DNA from: Hemiscyllium ocellatum
Lineage: Eukaryota
DNA length: 64,000 bases
NCBI RefSeq assembly: GCF_020745735.1
Contig: NC_083435.1
Span: 28,643,231-28,707,230, forward strand
Direction: 5' to 3'
Both the position numbers and the translations under genes were made by a program. Shown one piece after another: positions 38,150 to 52,235 of this stretch. Numbering within the stretch: position 1 is the first letter of the stretch; each line of letters begins with the position of its first letter. The notes under the pieces were generated by a model that saw only the letters and a list, made by a program, of their open reading frames with translations, was not told where the DNA came from and made no database searches.

Positions 38150-38530
38150 GAGGGAATGTGGAGTCACGGGGCAAATGGCAGATCAGGATGGAATCATTGC
38201 TTTTCACAATATACATTAATGATCTGGTACTGCATGCAAAAATTAAAGGGTGGAGGTTTAAGGTCAGAGGGATAAGTTATAAAAGGGACCTAAGAGACAA
38301 CTGTATCATGCAGAGGTGAATATATGGAATGAGCTGACAGAGGAAGTGTGGAGGCGAGTAAAATTACAACAACTAAAAGGCGTCTGGATGGATAGTTGAA
38401 AAGGAAAGGTTTACAGGGACATTGCCAAAATACTGGTAAATGGGATTAGATTAATTTATGATATCTGTTCAGCATGGATGAGTCGGATACAAAGGTCGGA
38501 TTCTGTGCTGGACAACTGTATGCCTCTATG
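38150..38530 (+). mobile_element. Decayed CR1-type LINE 3' fragment
   Basis: Similar to the 3' ends of CR1 copies at 46900-47220 and 30240-30640. Confidence 0.6.
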
Positions 38531-39274
38531 ACTCGAATGGTTTTAATACTGGAATCAAGAACACAGTTTATAAATTTGCAGCTGGCAAATCAGTAAGGGA
38601 AGCGAGATAAGTGTGTGAGGGAGAACAGAGTAGGTGGCCATGACAGCAGGCATTGATGAGAAAGGAAGCAGGGAGCCTTGAAAGAAGCAATAATATTCAC
38701 ATTGTCTGTTCGGACCAAACTGCCACTTTCATTGCGCTGTATGTCTGATGTACTCAATATTTATTTTGAAAGCATTATCAACAGCAAAATGCTTACCCTT
38801 TGTTGTTGATTATGTCTGAAAAGGAAGGCGGCAGTTTCATTGAGAAAAATGAAATGCAAACAAAACGAAGAGAACAATTCCAGTGACTGACCAATTCCAA
38901 TACTGACTCTCTGAGTGGCTCCTGTAATGAGCACTGACTCGGGTGTCCATAATGTACCACTAAAGGAAACAGATTGAAGACAATCAATGAGACTGAGAGT
39001 TGTGAACATGTTTATTGTCTTTCTAAGCAAATGAACAAAACTGGAAATGTAATTCAGGATGTTTAACTTTAAAAAAAAGTGTCACTGATCCGGATCTGAT
39101 CAGACAAATAGCACAATTATTAATCGAGACTAAAATGACGGAATGATTCCCTATCACTGATTTACAGATTTCAAATCTCAGAAGAAAATTCCATAAATAG
39201 CAAAAAAAGAATAAAGAAATCCTTTTTCACTTCAGGAACTGACTCAATGTCCGAAAAACGCAAGCGATACTTAC

Positions 39275-39338
39275 CAGAACCACCAATAATAGCAAGAATT
39301 GTATAGTATGCTTTCTTGATGCTGAAAAATGTTTCCAT
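39275..39338 (-). CDS. GPR139-like GPCR exon 1 (METFFSIKKAYYTILAIIGGS)
   Basis: 64 nt from ATG to GTAAGT donor; phase 1 matches exon 2 at 33575 (junction codon GTT). Confidence 0.85.
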
Positions 39339-40529
39339 ATTTTTCTTTGTGATGTGATCTGTCCCTTGATGCTGCTGACAATCCCTGTAACTTGGACTCT
39401 GCAGCAATATATTCGCAAAACCATCTATTTTTACACTTTGGGACCTCCATAGGGAAATTGACATTACGGGATTGCTCAATATAGTTTCGTTCGTGACAAT
39501 GAGTACCTGGTAATTATTTAAAATCACTATAATGTCAGGTATTACTTATTTGTTAGATTGAATAAGCGAATCAAAGAAACTAAACAATTTTCATTTCATG
39601 ACTTTGTTAGCTGAAATTGCAAGCTGTAATCCACTAGCGACCGTAATAATCAACTCTTCAGTCTGCACAAGAGGCCAGAATTTAAGGAAATCTGATAACT
39701 TGGAAGGATTTGGGACTCAAGATAAGAGCAGATTTGAAGATTTGAGACACAATTTGACCAAAATTTGACAGAGTAGAAATTAAAAACATAACTGAGGAAT
39801 GAGGGAGAGAAATATTTGGGGGATAAGAAGTTCTATTGCTACAGGAGCAAGGAATCTGCTTGTACTATTAAATGACGCCAGTTATGGAGTAAAAGGAGAC
39901 ATGAAATGAAAATAAAAGAAATGGTTGATATGAGGGTTCAGAACAGGAGTGAGCAGATAGACTGAGCGAATTATTTTTTAATATTCAGTCACAGAATATG
40001 GACATCACTGGCCACCCCAGTGTTTCGTACCCATTCCTCATCATCCAGAGGGCAGTTGAGAGTCAATCACATTGGTGTGGGACCAGACTCTCATGTTGGC
40101 CAGATGGGTAAAGATGGCCAAGATCCTAAATCCAAAATGGTTTCAGATTTAATGGTAATTAGTAAATCAGAAGGGTTTTTTTCCCCCACATTCGTGAATT
40201 TGAATTTGCAGAATTATATTTGCAGATACATTCTTTTTTGCTCAAAAAAGTGCACAGTCTGCAGGCAGTCAAATTAGGCAGTCAATCTATGTAATATTTT
40301 ATGAATTCCTTTTTTGGAAATAGCACACGTATGATTCAAGTTTGGGAAACATACAGATGGACTCTAACCCCACAGCTTTAATGCATTGTCTGAGCTGAAA
40401 TGTCACCTTTTAAAAAAAATATAAAACCTTGCTTTCTTGTGAACGCTACTAAAAAGAAGTTCGGGGATTTACATATTAATGAACTGAAACCTGCAATCCA
40501 TTCCAAAAGACGAAAGTCTTAACAGGAGT

Positions 40530-40740
40530 CTAGGTTTGTTCAATATAGCATTTCGGTTGCATGACACTGTCATCTTTTGTGATCAATTCTGCGTCTTTTG
40601 ATTCTTTTTCAAAGCTACCAAATGAAGGATCAGCAGTCCAAAAGCTAGTGCTTCCAAATAAACCTGTTGGATGAAAACTTAGTGTTGTGTGATTTTTAAC
40701 TATGTACACCCCAGTCCAACATTGGCACCTCCACATCATG
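40530..40740 (+). repeat. Penelope-like terminal fragment (family C) with degenerate hammerhead-like core
   Basis: aatgaaggatcagcagtccaaaagctagtgcttccaaataaacctgttgg; family assignment is inference. Confidence 0.45.
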
Positions 40741-40778
40741 GATAAAAGGGCATTGAATTACCATCACAGAAAAAATAC

Positions 40779-41160
40779 GCACTTCCTCAGTACGAACTCT
40801 CTGACAATGAAGCACTCCCTCATTACTTAACTTCTGACAGTGCGGCACTCCCTTAGTACTGACTCTCTGAACTTTCAGCACTCCCTCAGCATTGACCCTC
40901 TGAAGCATTCCCTCAGCACTGTCCCTCTGACAGTGTAACATTCCCTCAATATTGACGCTCTGACAGTGCTGCACTCCTTCAATACTGACTCTCTGACAGT
41001 GCAACACTCCCTCAGCACTGACCTTCTGATAGTGCGGCACTCCCTCAGTACTGGCCCTCTGACAATGCATCAATCAATCACTACTGACCTACTGACAGTG
41101 CAGCACTCCCTCAGTACTGAACATCGGACAATGCAGCAAACTGTTATTGCTGATGACACA
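40779..41160 (+). repeat. 33-bp tandem satellite array
   Basis: Units such as cactccttcaatactgactctctgacagtgcaa; 11-aa periodic pseudo-ORF (HCQRVSTEGVL). Confidence 0.9.
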
Positions 41161-41289
41161 ATAGTGTTAGCGTTGCCTCAACATTGATGTTCACATAATT
41201 CACGATTCCACAGTGTTCTACCTCTGATAATGCAATACTTCCCAATGATGGTCTTGTGACAGAGTAACCCTGCCCAAAGAGCACTGTGA

Positions 41290-41420
41290 GAAAGTGAGGA
41301 CTGCAGATGCTGGAGACCAGAGTTGAAAAATGTGGTGCTGGAAAAACACAGCAGGCCAGACAGTATGTGAGGATCAGGGATAATCGATGCTTCGGGCATA
41401 AGCCCTTCTTGAGGAATGAG
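41290..41420 (-). repeat. Palindromic family A half-arm
   Basis: Matches 6800-6930 in reverse; another half-arm at ~43720-43792. Confidence 0.7.
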
Positions 41421-43911
41421 ATTGCAAGGAGTAGTCTGAGCAGTTTTGCTCCCCTTAGTTCAGGAAAGACGTCATTTCACTGGAAGCCAATGAAGAGAAG
41501 ATTCAGTGGAATAATTGCTTTTGGCAAAAAAGTCTAAACACTCGTAACTGGATTTTAGAAGGATGAGAGGTGATTTCATTAAAAATGTCTGATTTTTAAG
41601 GACTTAACACGGTAAATGTTAAATGAATGGTTCTCCGCATGGAAGAGTCTAGGTATACAGGGCTGAGTCTCAGAATAAGGCAAAGCAAATCTGAGACTCA
41701 GATGAGGACAAACTTCTTCTCGAGGAGGATTGTGATTGCTTGGAACTCCTTTCTGCAGAGAACTATGGAGGCAGTGTCCTTATTTATATTTCAATTTAGG
41801 ATAGAGAGATTCATGATCAATCAGGGAACAAGGCTTGTAGGGAAAGTGCAGGAAAGTGGCAGTGAGAAATATTGGTTTGCTCAGTTTGTTAATGAATGGT
41901 TGTGAGGTTTGATGCGCCAAATGGCCTACTCCTATTCCTGTTTCTCATTCTCTTAAAACTGATAGTAACAGGCTCCACTATTAATTATAATTCTGCATCT
42001 GGGGACGGCATGTTAATGGACATTACATTTGCTGAAATAAGTGTGTCATAATATATTTCAAAAATGATTTTCTTATTTCAGATTGAATTCTGGTAAAATA
42101 CAAATACATTTCTGACCATGTGGAATAGGGATCATCTCTGAGTCATAGAAATTGACAACATAGAAAGATACCATTCAAGCAGTGTTAAAGTGTTACGCTG
42201 CCTCAATTCTACTTATCAGCACTTGGTGTTTAGCTTGGAAATTTAGGACATTTCAAGCTGTTATACGACCCATTATGCGTTCTTAAGTATTGATTTTCAT
42301 GCAGTCATCAATCTCATTCCATTCTAAGATATTATTCTCAATACCATTCCCCAATTCTTTTCCCAATACTGTAATTCTGTACAAAACTTCTATTGTGGGA
42401 TTGTATTAAATACTTGTTGAAAATCCGATTACAGAAAAAGCATGTTCATCTCTCTACCTGCTGTATCAACTTTAATCTGTGTACAAATCCATCAGTTATA
42501 GTCCTTCTAGCAAATGTATTGATTTAAACTTTTAGACTGGGCTTTCATATCATCCACAGGCTTCTTCTCACATTTTGCAGCTCTTTCCGCATTGTTGTTT
42601 TTATTCTCCCTATTTCTCCCAATCTGAAAGATTTGCCTCATGCTATGCTTTTATTCTCATTCTTTCTTTAGCTTTGATTCTGTGTCACACTCATATAGGT
42701 AATGCTAAGTATTTGTTGATAATCTATTGGTGAAAGCCCTGTTGAGAAATAAAGATCATTGTGCTGAGGGAACATGATACTTTTGCACATCCACACGAGT
42801 TGATGGCAAAGGATAATTACTCTGTTTCTCAGGTGCCAATCATTTTCTGATTCATTATTAAGGACAACGCAATTACTAACTCAGGGGCAACATTTCTGAT
42901 GGGTAGGTTAATCAAGGTTTGGCAGCTAATTGGCAGTATCTGCTAACTGATGCACTTTCCATGGCCAAACCTCCAACAATCGGAGTCCAGTTACTTGATA
43001 ACCATCCCGTCATCCCTTGTCTAGTCCTGTTAGAATTTTGTATATTTCTATGAGATCGCTCCTCATTCTTCTAAATTCTCGTGTATTTAGCCCAACCTGA
43101 TGCAGTCTCTTTTCAGAGCGATTCCACATGTGGAAGAATTCAAACCTGAACGCTATAAATGCAAAACATTTCAAAAAGATGCATTGGAGGTCATCAGGAG
43201 TAGACTTGTCGTGTGGTTACAACGTGGAACAAGCTTCCATGGGGAGTTGATGAGGCAAGTTGTTTAAATGCTTTCAAAGTTAAACAAGAGAATGTTTATT
43301 TGGAAGAGGGGAGGGATTGATTAACTGAAGAATTGAGATGAAGTCAATGGAATGAAGTTAGTTCTATAAGCAGAATAAAGATCAAGACAGACCAAATGTT
43401 TACCTTGCCATTTCTCTCCTCGACATTGTCTATGAAATACAATTCTCTCTATCGTTATCTGTCGAGGAAGATCCAAATTTTGAAGTTGCAAAAGACCTGC
43501 TCCACTCTACAGCTGAGCTAACTCTTAATAGAATTCCTCAAATATAATGCAGTGATCTAGTGGCAGGAAATATTGGTTTGCAGCATTGTTATGACATTGT
43601 CACAGCACACATGACAAGTGAATCAACTGTTGCTATGCATAGCGGACATTCAGTGGTTCAAATGTGGAGACACCCAGTATCTTTTTTACTTTTTTTTGTC
43701 TGCATTAATGTCTCTTGCTGAAAATGTGTTGCTGGAAAAGCTCAGCAGGTCAGGCAGCATCCAAGGAACAGGAGAATCGACGTTTCGGGCAAACGGTACA
43801 CAATATTCCATTAAAGGAGCAGACCTGTGAGGTTTACTTTCATTCGGATGAAATAGAAGGGATTACTTGAGGCGTTTGACTGAACAAAAATGGAGAACTA
43901 ATCAGAATTGT

Positions 43912-44225
43912 GGGCGGCACATGGCACAGTGGTTAGCACTGCTGAATCACAGCGCCAGAGAGACCCGGTTTCAATTACCGCCTCAGGCGACTCTCTGTGT
44001 GGAGTTTGCACATTCTCCCCGTGTCTGCTTAGGTTTTCTCCAGGTGCTCCGGTTTCCTCCCACATTCCAAAGATGTGCAGGTTTGGTGAATTGACCATGC
44101 TAAATTGCCCATAGTGTTAGGTGAAGGAGTAAATGTAGAGAAATGGGTCTTAGTGGGTCGCGCTTCGCCGGTTCGGTGTGTCCTGTTGGCTGATGGACTT
44201 GTTTCCACACTGTAAGTAATCTAAT
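43912..44225 (+). mobile_element. HE1-like SINE
   Basis: gggcggcacatggcacagtggttagc head; taagtaatctaat tail. Confidence 0.88.
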
Positions 44226-46104
44226 GTAATCATTATCTGTATCAAGGCTATGTGTAGATCAGCAATTAATACAGAAAAAAAAGCAGAGACCTTGGTTTTC
44301 TTCCTCACACATGCATGACATACATTTACGCAATTTTGAGAATCAGCCACTAAAGAGGAGCGCCAAAGTAAGCAAGAATTGTTCAGTGTATTTCCTGACA
44401 TGATGTGATGATTTCACGCGAATCTCATTCCATATGTCTGTCTGCCTGTCGATAGTATGATGAATAAACTGCTGTCTCTTTTTACAAACAAACCTCAGGT
44501 GAGATTCGCCAATTTATTTAGGTTCTAAATTGGAGATACCCTGAACATTTAAGCTCTTTGAACTTAATCATTCAGACAACATTATATTCTGAGAGGACTC
44601 CCACTGCTTCAGTGACACCATTTTACTCTGATTGAGCAGTAAAGTGCCAGATTTGAAGTGTTTCGTGAGTGTAATGCATAAATGAGCAATTTATGACAAT
44701 ATATTTTCAATCTCATACCAACTATCAGATTATTACAGCCCTTCAGGCTAACATAGAACCTCAAGCTCATTGCACATAACAAAGTTTCAAAACCAAGGCA
44801 TTTTGCCAAACCAGTCTTTTAAAATCCTTATGTGAGGTTGGCATTGCTGGCAAGGACGTCATTTAATTAAACATCTCAAATTTACTTATGGAGGTGGCCA
44901 TGAAGCATCTTCTGAAACTCTAACAGCTCTTGGTGTGTAGGCACATTCCCAATGCTTTGAGGAAGGGAGTTCCAGTCTTTTGAACCAGACAATCAATAAA
45001 TGATCCCATTCATTTTCAGATTGCCACATGGCTTGGAAATGAACTTGCAAATAAATGCTTGCAGCAATGTTGTTGGACCAATCTGCCTGGCTTACATTAG
45101 ATATCTTTCTTGCTCTTAGATATGATTCTAACCAATTGAGTCACATTAATTTCAACTTTTCTATAATTGTTCCATCCCACATTCAGTCAAATAGTCATTG
45201 ATACGAAGCTCTCGGTCACCTCATTTCTTGAGTTCAGATATTTTGTCATTTTGTTTAGTCATTTGGGGGAAATGGGCGTCACTGGATGGCTAGCATTGAT
45301 AGCCCATCTCTATTTGCCCTTGAGAAGCTGATGGTGAGCTGCCTTCTTGAATCGCTGCAGTTCACTTGCTGTGGGTTGACCCACAATGCTTACAGGAATG
45401 GAATTACAGGATTTGACTCAACAATTATGAAGGAGTTGTGGTATATTTCCCAGTCAGGGTGGTGAGTGGCTCGGAGGGGAACTTGCAGGTGGTGGCGTTC
45501 CAAAAAGGTCTGCTGCCCTTGTCCTTCTGGATAGAAGTGGTTGTGGGTTTGGAAAGTGCTGTCTAAGGATACTTGGTGAATTTGAACCAAAGCTGTAATG
45601 AGATCTGGCATAGAGTGGACCCGCAAGACCCAGACCGCAAACTGAATGACAACAAGCTGTTTAATGTCAATACATGAAATTGCAAATTACATTTTCCAGC
45701 ACGTAATCAAGAATAAACTAACGGATTGATAGTTGGTGCAATTGAATTTCTGCTACGTTTTAGTTTTGGTCAGGATGTGCCTGGGCAATTTTCCACATTG
45801 TCGGGTACATTCCAGTGTTGCAGTTGAAATAGACAAATTGGCGAGTGTTGAGAATTTTTTAGAGCTCTCTGTACCATTATCGTGATATTGTCAGAGCCCA
45901 GAGAACGCAATCATCTTCATAGAAATTAAATGGAAGACAAAATTAAGGCAACAGATCCTGGTTTAATGAATGCAGTTCAAACATAGCTGTAGCACAAAAA
46001 AAAACGACCAGATTCCTTTGTTAGATATGGGAGATCACTATTTTGTACTTTACATCTCATTAATGAAAGAAAATTTAAATATTGTGTCTGATTGTAGACA
46101 TACC

Positions 46105-47222
46105 TTAGTTTAGGTTAGATCTCATGGAATACAGGGGGAACTAGTCATTTGGATACAGAACAGGCTCAAAGGTAGAAGATAGACGGTGGTGATGGAGGGT
46201 TGTTTTTCAGACTGGAAATCTGTGAACAATGGAGTGCCACAACGATCGGTGCTGGGTTCTCCAATTTTTGTCATTTACATAAATGATTTGGATGCGAGCA
46301 TAAGAGATACGTTGAGTAATTTGCAGATGACACCAAAATTGGAGGTGTAGTGGGCAGCGAAGAGGGTTACCTCAGATTACAACAGGATCTGGACCAGATG
46401 GGCCAATGGGCAGAGAAGTGGCCGATGGAGTTTAATACAGATATATGCGAGGTGCTGCATTTTGGGAAAGCAAATCTTAGCAGGACTTATACACTTAATG
46501 TTAATGTACAAAGGAGTGTTGCTGAACAAAGAGACCTTGGAGTGCAGGTTCGTAACTCCTTGAAAGTGGAGTCGCAAGTAGATAGGACAGTGAAGAAGGC
46601 GTTTGGTATGCTTTCCTTTATTGTTCAGAGGATTGAGTACAGGAGTTGGGAGGCCATGTTGCGGCTGTACAGGACATTGTTTAGGCCACTGTTGGAATAT
46701 TGCGTGCAGTTCTGGTCTCCTTCCTATTGGAAAGGTGTTGTGAATCTTACAAGGGTTCAGAAAAGATTTAGAAGGATGTTGCCAGGGTAGGAGGATCTGA
46801 GCTATAGGGAGAGGTTGAACAGGTTGGGCCTGTTATTCCTGGAGTGTCGGAGGCTGAGGGAGGACCTTATAGATGTTTACAAAATTATGAGGGGCATGGA
46901 TAGGGTAAATCGGCAAAGTCATTTCCTTGGGTTCAGGGAATCCAGAACTAGAGGGCAAAGGTTTAGGGTGAGAGGGGAAAAATATAAAAGAGACCTAATG
47001 GACAACTTCTTCACGCAGAAGGTGTTAGGTGTATGGAAGTGGTGGAGGCTGGTATAATTGCAACAATTAAGAGGCAGTTGGATGGCTATATGAATAGGAA
47101 GGGTTTGGAGAGATATGGGCCAGGTGCTGGCAGGTGGAACTAAATCAGGTTGGGATATTTGGTTGGCATGGGGTGGGTTGGACCAAAGGGTCTGTTTCCA
47201 TGCTGTACATCTCTATGACTCT
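46105..47222 (+). mobile_element. 5'-truncated CR1/HER1-type LINE (RT 3' part)
   Basis: FADDTK-coding region and ORF 46350-46790 (RPLLEYCVQFW); ctctatgactcta tail. Confidence 0.9.
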
Positions 47223-49339
47223 AACCTCACACTTGTTAATTGTTTTAATTGCCTTTGAGGACGCTGTCAATGCGATCTTCCAATTCTTGTGGAAGGAAAA
47301 AGCTAAAATGAATCGTGTACTGAGTGATATTTTTATTCCTGTTTGTTTGGGGACAATGCAGGAGAGTTAATTTGATGCAAAACGATAGTTTTGGCCTTCA
47401 TTGACCAAATGTATCCTTGATCCTGATGAATCTGAAAATTACCGGAAGGTCAAAAAGTAAAGAACTTTGGCAGAATATTGAAGCCAAGTGTGAACCATGT
47501 AGCCTGAAATATGAAAAAAAAACAGGATCCTTACATTTAGACTTGAATTGCAATACCATAAGTACTCAAGTACAGAAGTGCAGGAGTGCAGTGAAAAGTG
47601 TATGATGTTGTCACGCAGGGCACCATCTTAAGTCCAAATGTACCTAAGTACAAAAAAAAACCTCAGGTATTAAATACTCAAAGTAACAAAGTTAAAAAGT
47701 TAATCATTACCTTCACTGAATAAGTCGGAAAAAAAAACAAAGGTCAGAGTCAACATTAAAGTCCTTCTTAATATAGACGAGAAAAATAAAAGAATAAAGT
47801 TCAAAGTTCAACAGTGTTTGATGAGTCTCCACTTTTCTCATTCTCTGGGAGAATTCAGCTGCCAGTTCTTAACCAAACCACCGCAGATATTGGGGGACGT
47901 CCCTCACCGCAATGCCATTCCTGCTTCTGCTTCTGCTGAAGCGGCCACCTCCCTGATCTCTTCCTCCTATTTCCAGAACATGCCAAGGTACTGTCAGAAC
48001 CGGCTGAAAACCAGGCTGAGACACTGCCGTGGGTCACCGAGGGATTGGTTCGAGACATCATCAGGCAGCTCAGCAGAAGCTCAGAGGCTCAGATAGGTGG
48101 TAGATAAAAGTGTCAAATTTGCTTCCAAAACAAGAGAACTGACTCTGGAAATTTCCCATTAAATCAGCCCTTACACATATTAGAATCTTCTGTTCGCTGT
48201 TCCTTAACAACAATATCTTTTGTTAACAAATATATTGTGTAAGAAGTTGCTTATCTATACAAAAATGAATTTGGAAAATTCAATGTGCTATTCTAATCAA
48301 ACTGATGGACAATGTGCATAGAAGTCTAAACGCTTGTAGAATTGCAACTTTAAGCATTACAGATGACAAAGTTAACACAAACCAATTTTTCCAATTCGTC
48401 AGTTAAACAAATTAAAACACACCAGTGCAAGGACATAATATTGGTTATGATTTCTTGACAAGGGCTAGTAAGCAAGGATTGCATCACCACTGCTTTTGTA
48501 AACTTTGAAGTATGGATATAAACTGCACAATCGTAGTGTCCCTGTCTCTATGCTAGGAGGTCTAGATAGAAGCCCCACCTGTGCAGAAAATGCCTCATAT
48601 TTGGTCCAAGCAGTTTGGTTAAAACAAAATCTCTAAATCTTAGAGTCATTGTAGTAACATCTTTGATTAAAAGCCTTAGTGGTACAGTGGCAGTGTCACT
48701 GTGTCTAAGCCAGAAGTATTGGTTCAAGTCAAACCTGCTTCAGAGGTGTGCTATAACGGAGCTCAGCAAGTTGGTTAAGGAATATCTATTGGCCTAACAG
48801 GGTCTGCTTGACCTTGCATCTGTAACTGTAAACTTTTCTGCCACTGCCTTCATTCTATTCACGATACCATGGTGTATTTTGATGTCAACTGAAGCTGAGC
48901 TGAATCACATAATATTAAGTTGTCAAGACTTGCATTGGCTGCTGTTAAGTAGAACAACACATTAGAGTTGACAAAAAGCATGCCTTGATTGTGCAATGAA
49001 AGGTAAAATAAATTGATCATCAAATGACAGTTTCCCGACTAATCCTAATCACCCTTCAGCTGATCTTGGGAAAGATGGTCTTGGTTTCCCAGCCGCAACT
49101 CTGCAGGGAACTGAGGGAAAAAATGGAATCGATGATTACAGAGTGAGCAAAATCCAATTCATCCAAAATAATCCCCATTAGCCTCAGTATTTTGCCCCAA
49201 AGAAATCAATCCAATCCACAAACCCCAGCAATGAAACTGATCAGATACCTAAACCGATGTAATAACATTAAAATTCAAAAGACTTGGATACAGCTAAACA
49301 CACAGAACAAAAGAAAACAATGCAGCAGGGAAACATGTC

Positions 49340-49870
49340 CTAGCTTGTCTTTGTTGCTTAGGGCATTGAGGAGAAAAGTCATGTTGCAGCAGTACAGAGC
49401 TTTCGGTAGACCACATCTGATGTATTGCGTGCATTCTAGTCACCACACTGCAGGAGGGAATTGGGGGTTTTGCAAGATGCAAAACAGATTTACCAGGATG
49501 TGGCCTGAATTAGACTGCATTAGCTTTATGGAGAGGTTGCACAAACTTGGAGAGTTGGAGCCTGAGTATGACCTGATATAAATATATAAAATTATGAAAA
49601 ACATAAATAGGATAGATCATCAGAGTCTTTTTCACAAGATGGACATGTCAAATATTAGCGTACATAAGTTTAAGGTGACAGAAGGAGTAAGTTTAAAGGA
49701 GGAGATGTGTGAGGCAAGTCCTGTACACAGATGTAAGTATGTGCCTGGAAGGCATTGTCAGGGAAAGTAGTAGAAGCAAAAACCATAGTAAGGCTTAAAA
49801 AGCATTAGACAGACTCATGAACAGATCAGGAATTGAGGGCTACAGGCCATGTGCAGGTAGATGAAATTAA
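49340..49870 (+). mobile_element. Decayed CR1-type LINE fragment
   Basis: KVMLQQYRAFGRPHLMYCV...RFTRMWPEL in ORF track. Confidence 0.75.
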
Positions 49871-51487
49871 TTCGGAATGTCATTATGGTTGGCGCAGACA
49901 CGTTAGCTCTTATGGACCCAGAGTTATGGGGAGCAAGTGTGAACAATTTACTGAATTCATGATCAGCCATAATCATATTAAATAGGAAAAGAAATCTTCT
50001 TTGAACCTGCCTTAACCACACTTTCAGACCGTATTACAGGTCAAATTTGTATTCCCTTACAAAAGTAAAGGGTTGATTTGATGAAAGTTTAAAGCATTAA
50101 AGAGCAAATGATGTTAAATGATAATCGATGTTAAATCATAGTTATAAATTCATGGGAACATTGAAAACAGAAGCTGAACTAGGCCATTCAGCCTTTCGAG
50201 CCTGCTCACTCATTCAGCATGATCATGGCTGATCATCTTTCAGAATGTCAAATTTTGGAAGCATTGGCACATCCTCAGTCAAATGGAGAGGCAGAAAATC
50301 AATGCAACACAACAAGCCTAACTGGGAATTAACTCCACTCAGTTATAGAACAACGCTGTCGATTAACGGGCACTCATCAGCGGAATTGTTCAAGGGGAGG
50401 CCCTTGAAGGTGGATGCACCAGTTATAGTACATGACCTCAGGCCAAATATAACCACTGAAAACTGAGAAGTTAAAGCAACTAGAGAAAATGTCGCAACTT
50501 TAAAGCAGTAAAGGTACAGCAACTCTGGACAGAGTGAAAAATATCAAACTTAAATGCAAAGTAGAAAGCCTAGTTAAAATATAACAAACAAATGCAGATG
50601 CTGAACATGCTGAAAAAGATTGCCCTTACCCCCTATCAATTGCATTAAATTTTGTCGTTATTATCAGTTCTGAAGAAAGGTCACTGGACCCAAAATATCA
50701 ATTCAGGTTTTCCTCTGTTGATTCCCAGCATTTTTTGTTTTTGCTGCAGGAAGTCAAATTTAATGGATAGGAAGTCAAACAGCTTGGTCATCAGAGAAAC
50801 AAATCATTAGATTTTTAACCTTGTCAGAGGATCTGAGGGCATATTCAGGATGAACAGGAAGGTATTGGTTTGACTTGAGACAAGCAGCGTGTCCAAGAAT
50901 GATTGTCAGAGGAGGAGGGAGACGAATACCCATACAGTGTCAAACAGAATGAATCAACCATTTCAGACGGGACAACATTATCAGCTTCGAGTTGAAATCA
51001 AGCAACCAAGATCATTTCGTCTAGTCAGAGTTTCTGATTTGTTGCAACCTGAGAAAATTCGCTGTAGCGGCATCAAGACAATATTTTCATTTATATCAGC
51101 AAATTCAATGTCAGCAAGCAAAAATAAACTTCCAGAATAGTGCAGACCAAGTAGAGAGAAACTTGGGGCGAGATCTCAAAAAATAATCTTAAAGCGCATG
51201 GGAGATTTATAGAAGTGATGATGATGTAAATGATGATGTGACTAACATCAGTGAAAGGGGAGATACGGGACTGTTGTGGACATTAAAGATAGAGGCAGGG
51301 CTTAGATCTGTGTGTTAACTTGAAGACTTTAGATGCAAATACAATCATGTCAAAATAGATAGGATCTGGAATATTTGCTTAAAGAGAGCAGCGAACAATT
51401 TGATGCTCAGTGCATGTGCAAATATACACAGCATACACCCCAGACCAGTACCTTAATGCCTAAGTACCAATATGCTAAACAGATAAC

Positions 51488-51657
51488 CTATAGTATATTG
51501 AGGGCAAGACAGACACGACGGTCAGATTCCGCCAACAAGACTGTAATGTTAACACCAATTGTCCAAACAAAGTTAATAGGAGTTCCCCTACTGAATGACA
51601 CTACACAGACATCAGACACTGGCGTAGAAATGATTGAGGATTCACCTTCTCCAGAAG
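51488..51657 (-). pseudogene. MHC class I-like copy B, terminal cytoplasmic exon (SGEGESSIIST...), frameshifted read-through
   Basis: ccattcacag acceptor; aligns to 24535-24581 with a 1-nt deletion (TCT AC GCC AGT GTC TGA vs TCC ACA GCC AGT TCT TAA). Confidence 0.65.
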
Positions 51658-52114
51658 CTGTGAATGGAAGGAGAGACATTGAAAATAAACTTGTGATTTC
51701 CAGTGACAGGAAGAGTCAAATGCAGAGAGAGAGAGAGAGAGAGATAATGAGAGAAGGTGAGACCATAGTCTCTTGCTACTATCCACACTCCAGCCCTTAA
51801 AACTCTCCGTGTCACTCATCCCTCACTCACTCCTGATCCAATCCTAACACGCCCTTCTGATTCTAGCCCCTCACTATCATCCTGACCCTACCCTCTACCC
51901 CCATCTTGACCCTAGCTCTCACTTTCTCACTCTCTTTAACTCATTACTCCATCCCCATTGTTAACCCCATACTCCTTCCTTGATCTTAGCACTGTCACTC
52001 CCAACCTGAATTGGATAGCTTCTCCATCAGGCCTCAATCAGCACAGTGGAAATTCTATGATTCTAAGACTCTGAACTCCTAGTGAGGAACTGCCACTTTC
52101 TCTCCAGTTCCTAC

Positions 52115-52235
52115 CTTTCCTGATGTAGATGATCATGACAGCCACAACAGTGAGAATTATGAGCAGCTATGAGCAGCCAAAGCACTCCAACTGAAATCAC
52201 AATGGTGAGAGAAACCTGTGCCTGAGACTCCAGAT
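52115..52235 (-). pseudogene. MHC class I-like copy B, transmembrane exon with a 10-nt tandem duplication (frameshift)
   Basis: ttaaacag acceptor and GTAGGA donor; DLESQAQVSLTIVISVGVLWLLI[dup gctgctcata]ILTVVAVMIIYIRK; 121 nt = 111 + 10. Confidence 0.8.

Noticed and set aside
51826-51870. Candidate cyt1 exon for copy B (AG...GTGAGT, 32 nt)
   Set aside because: Wrong length for phase, no polypyrimidine tract, no similarity to 24170-24202
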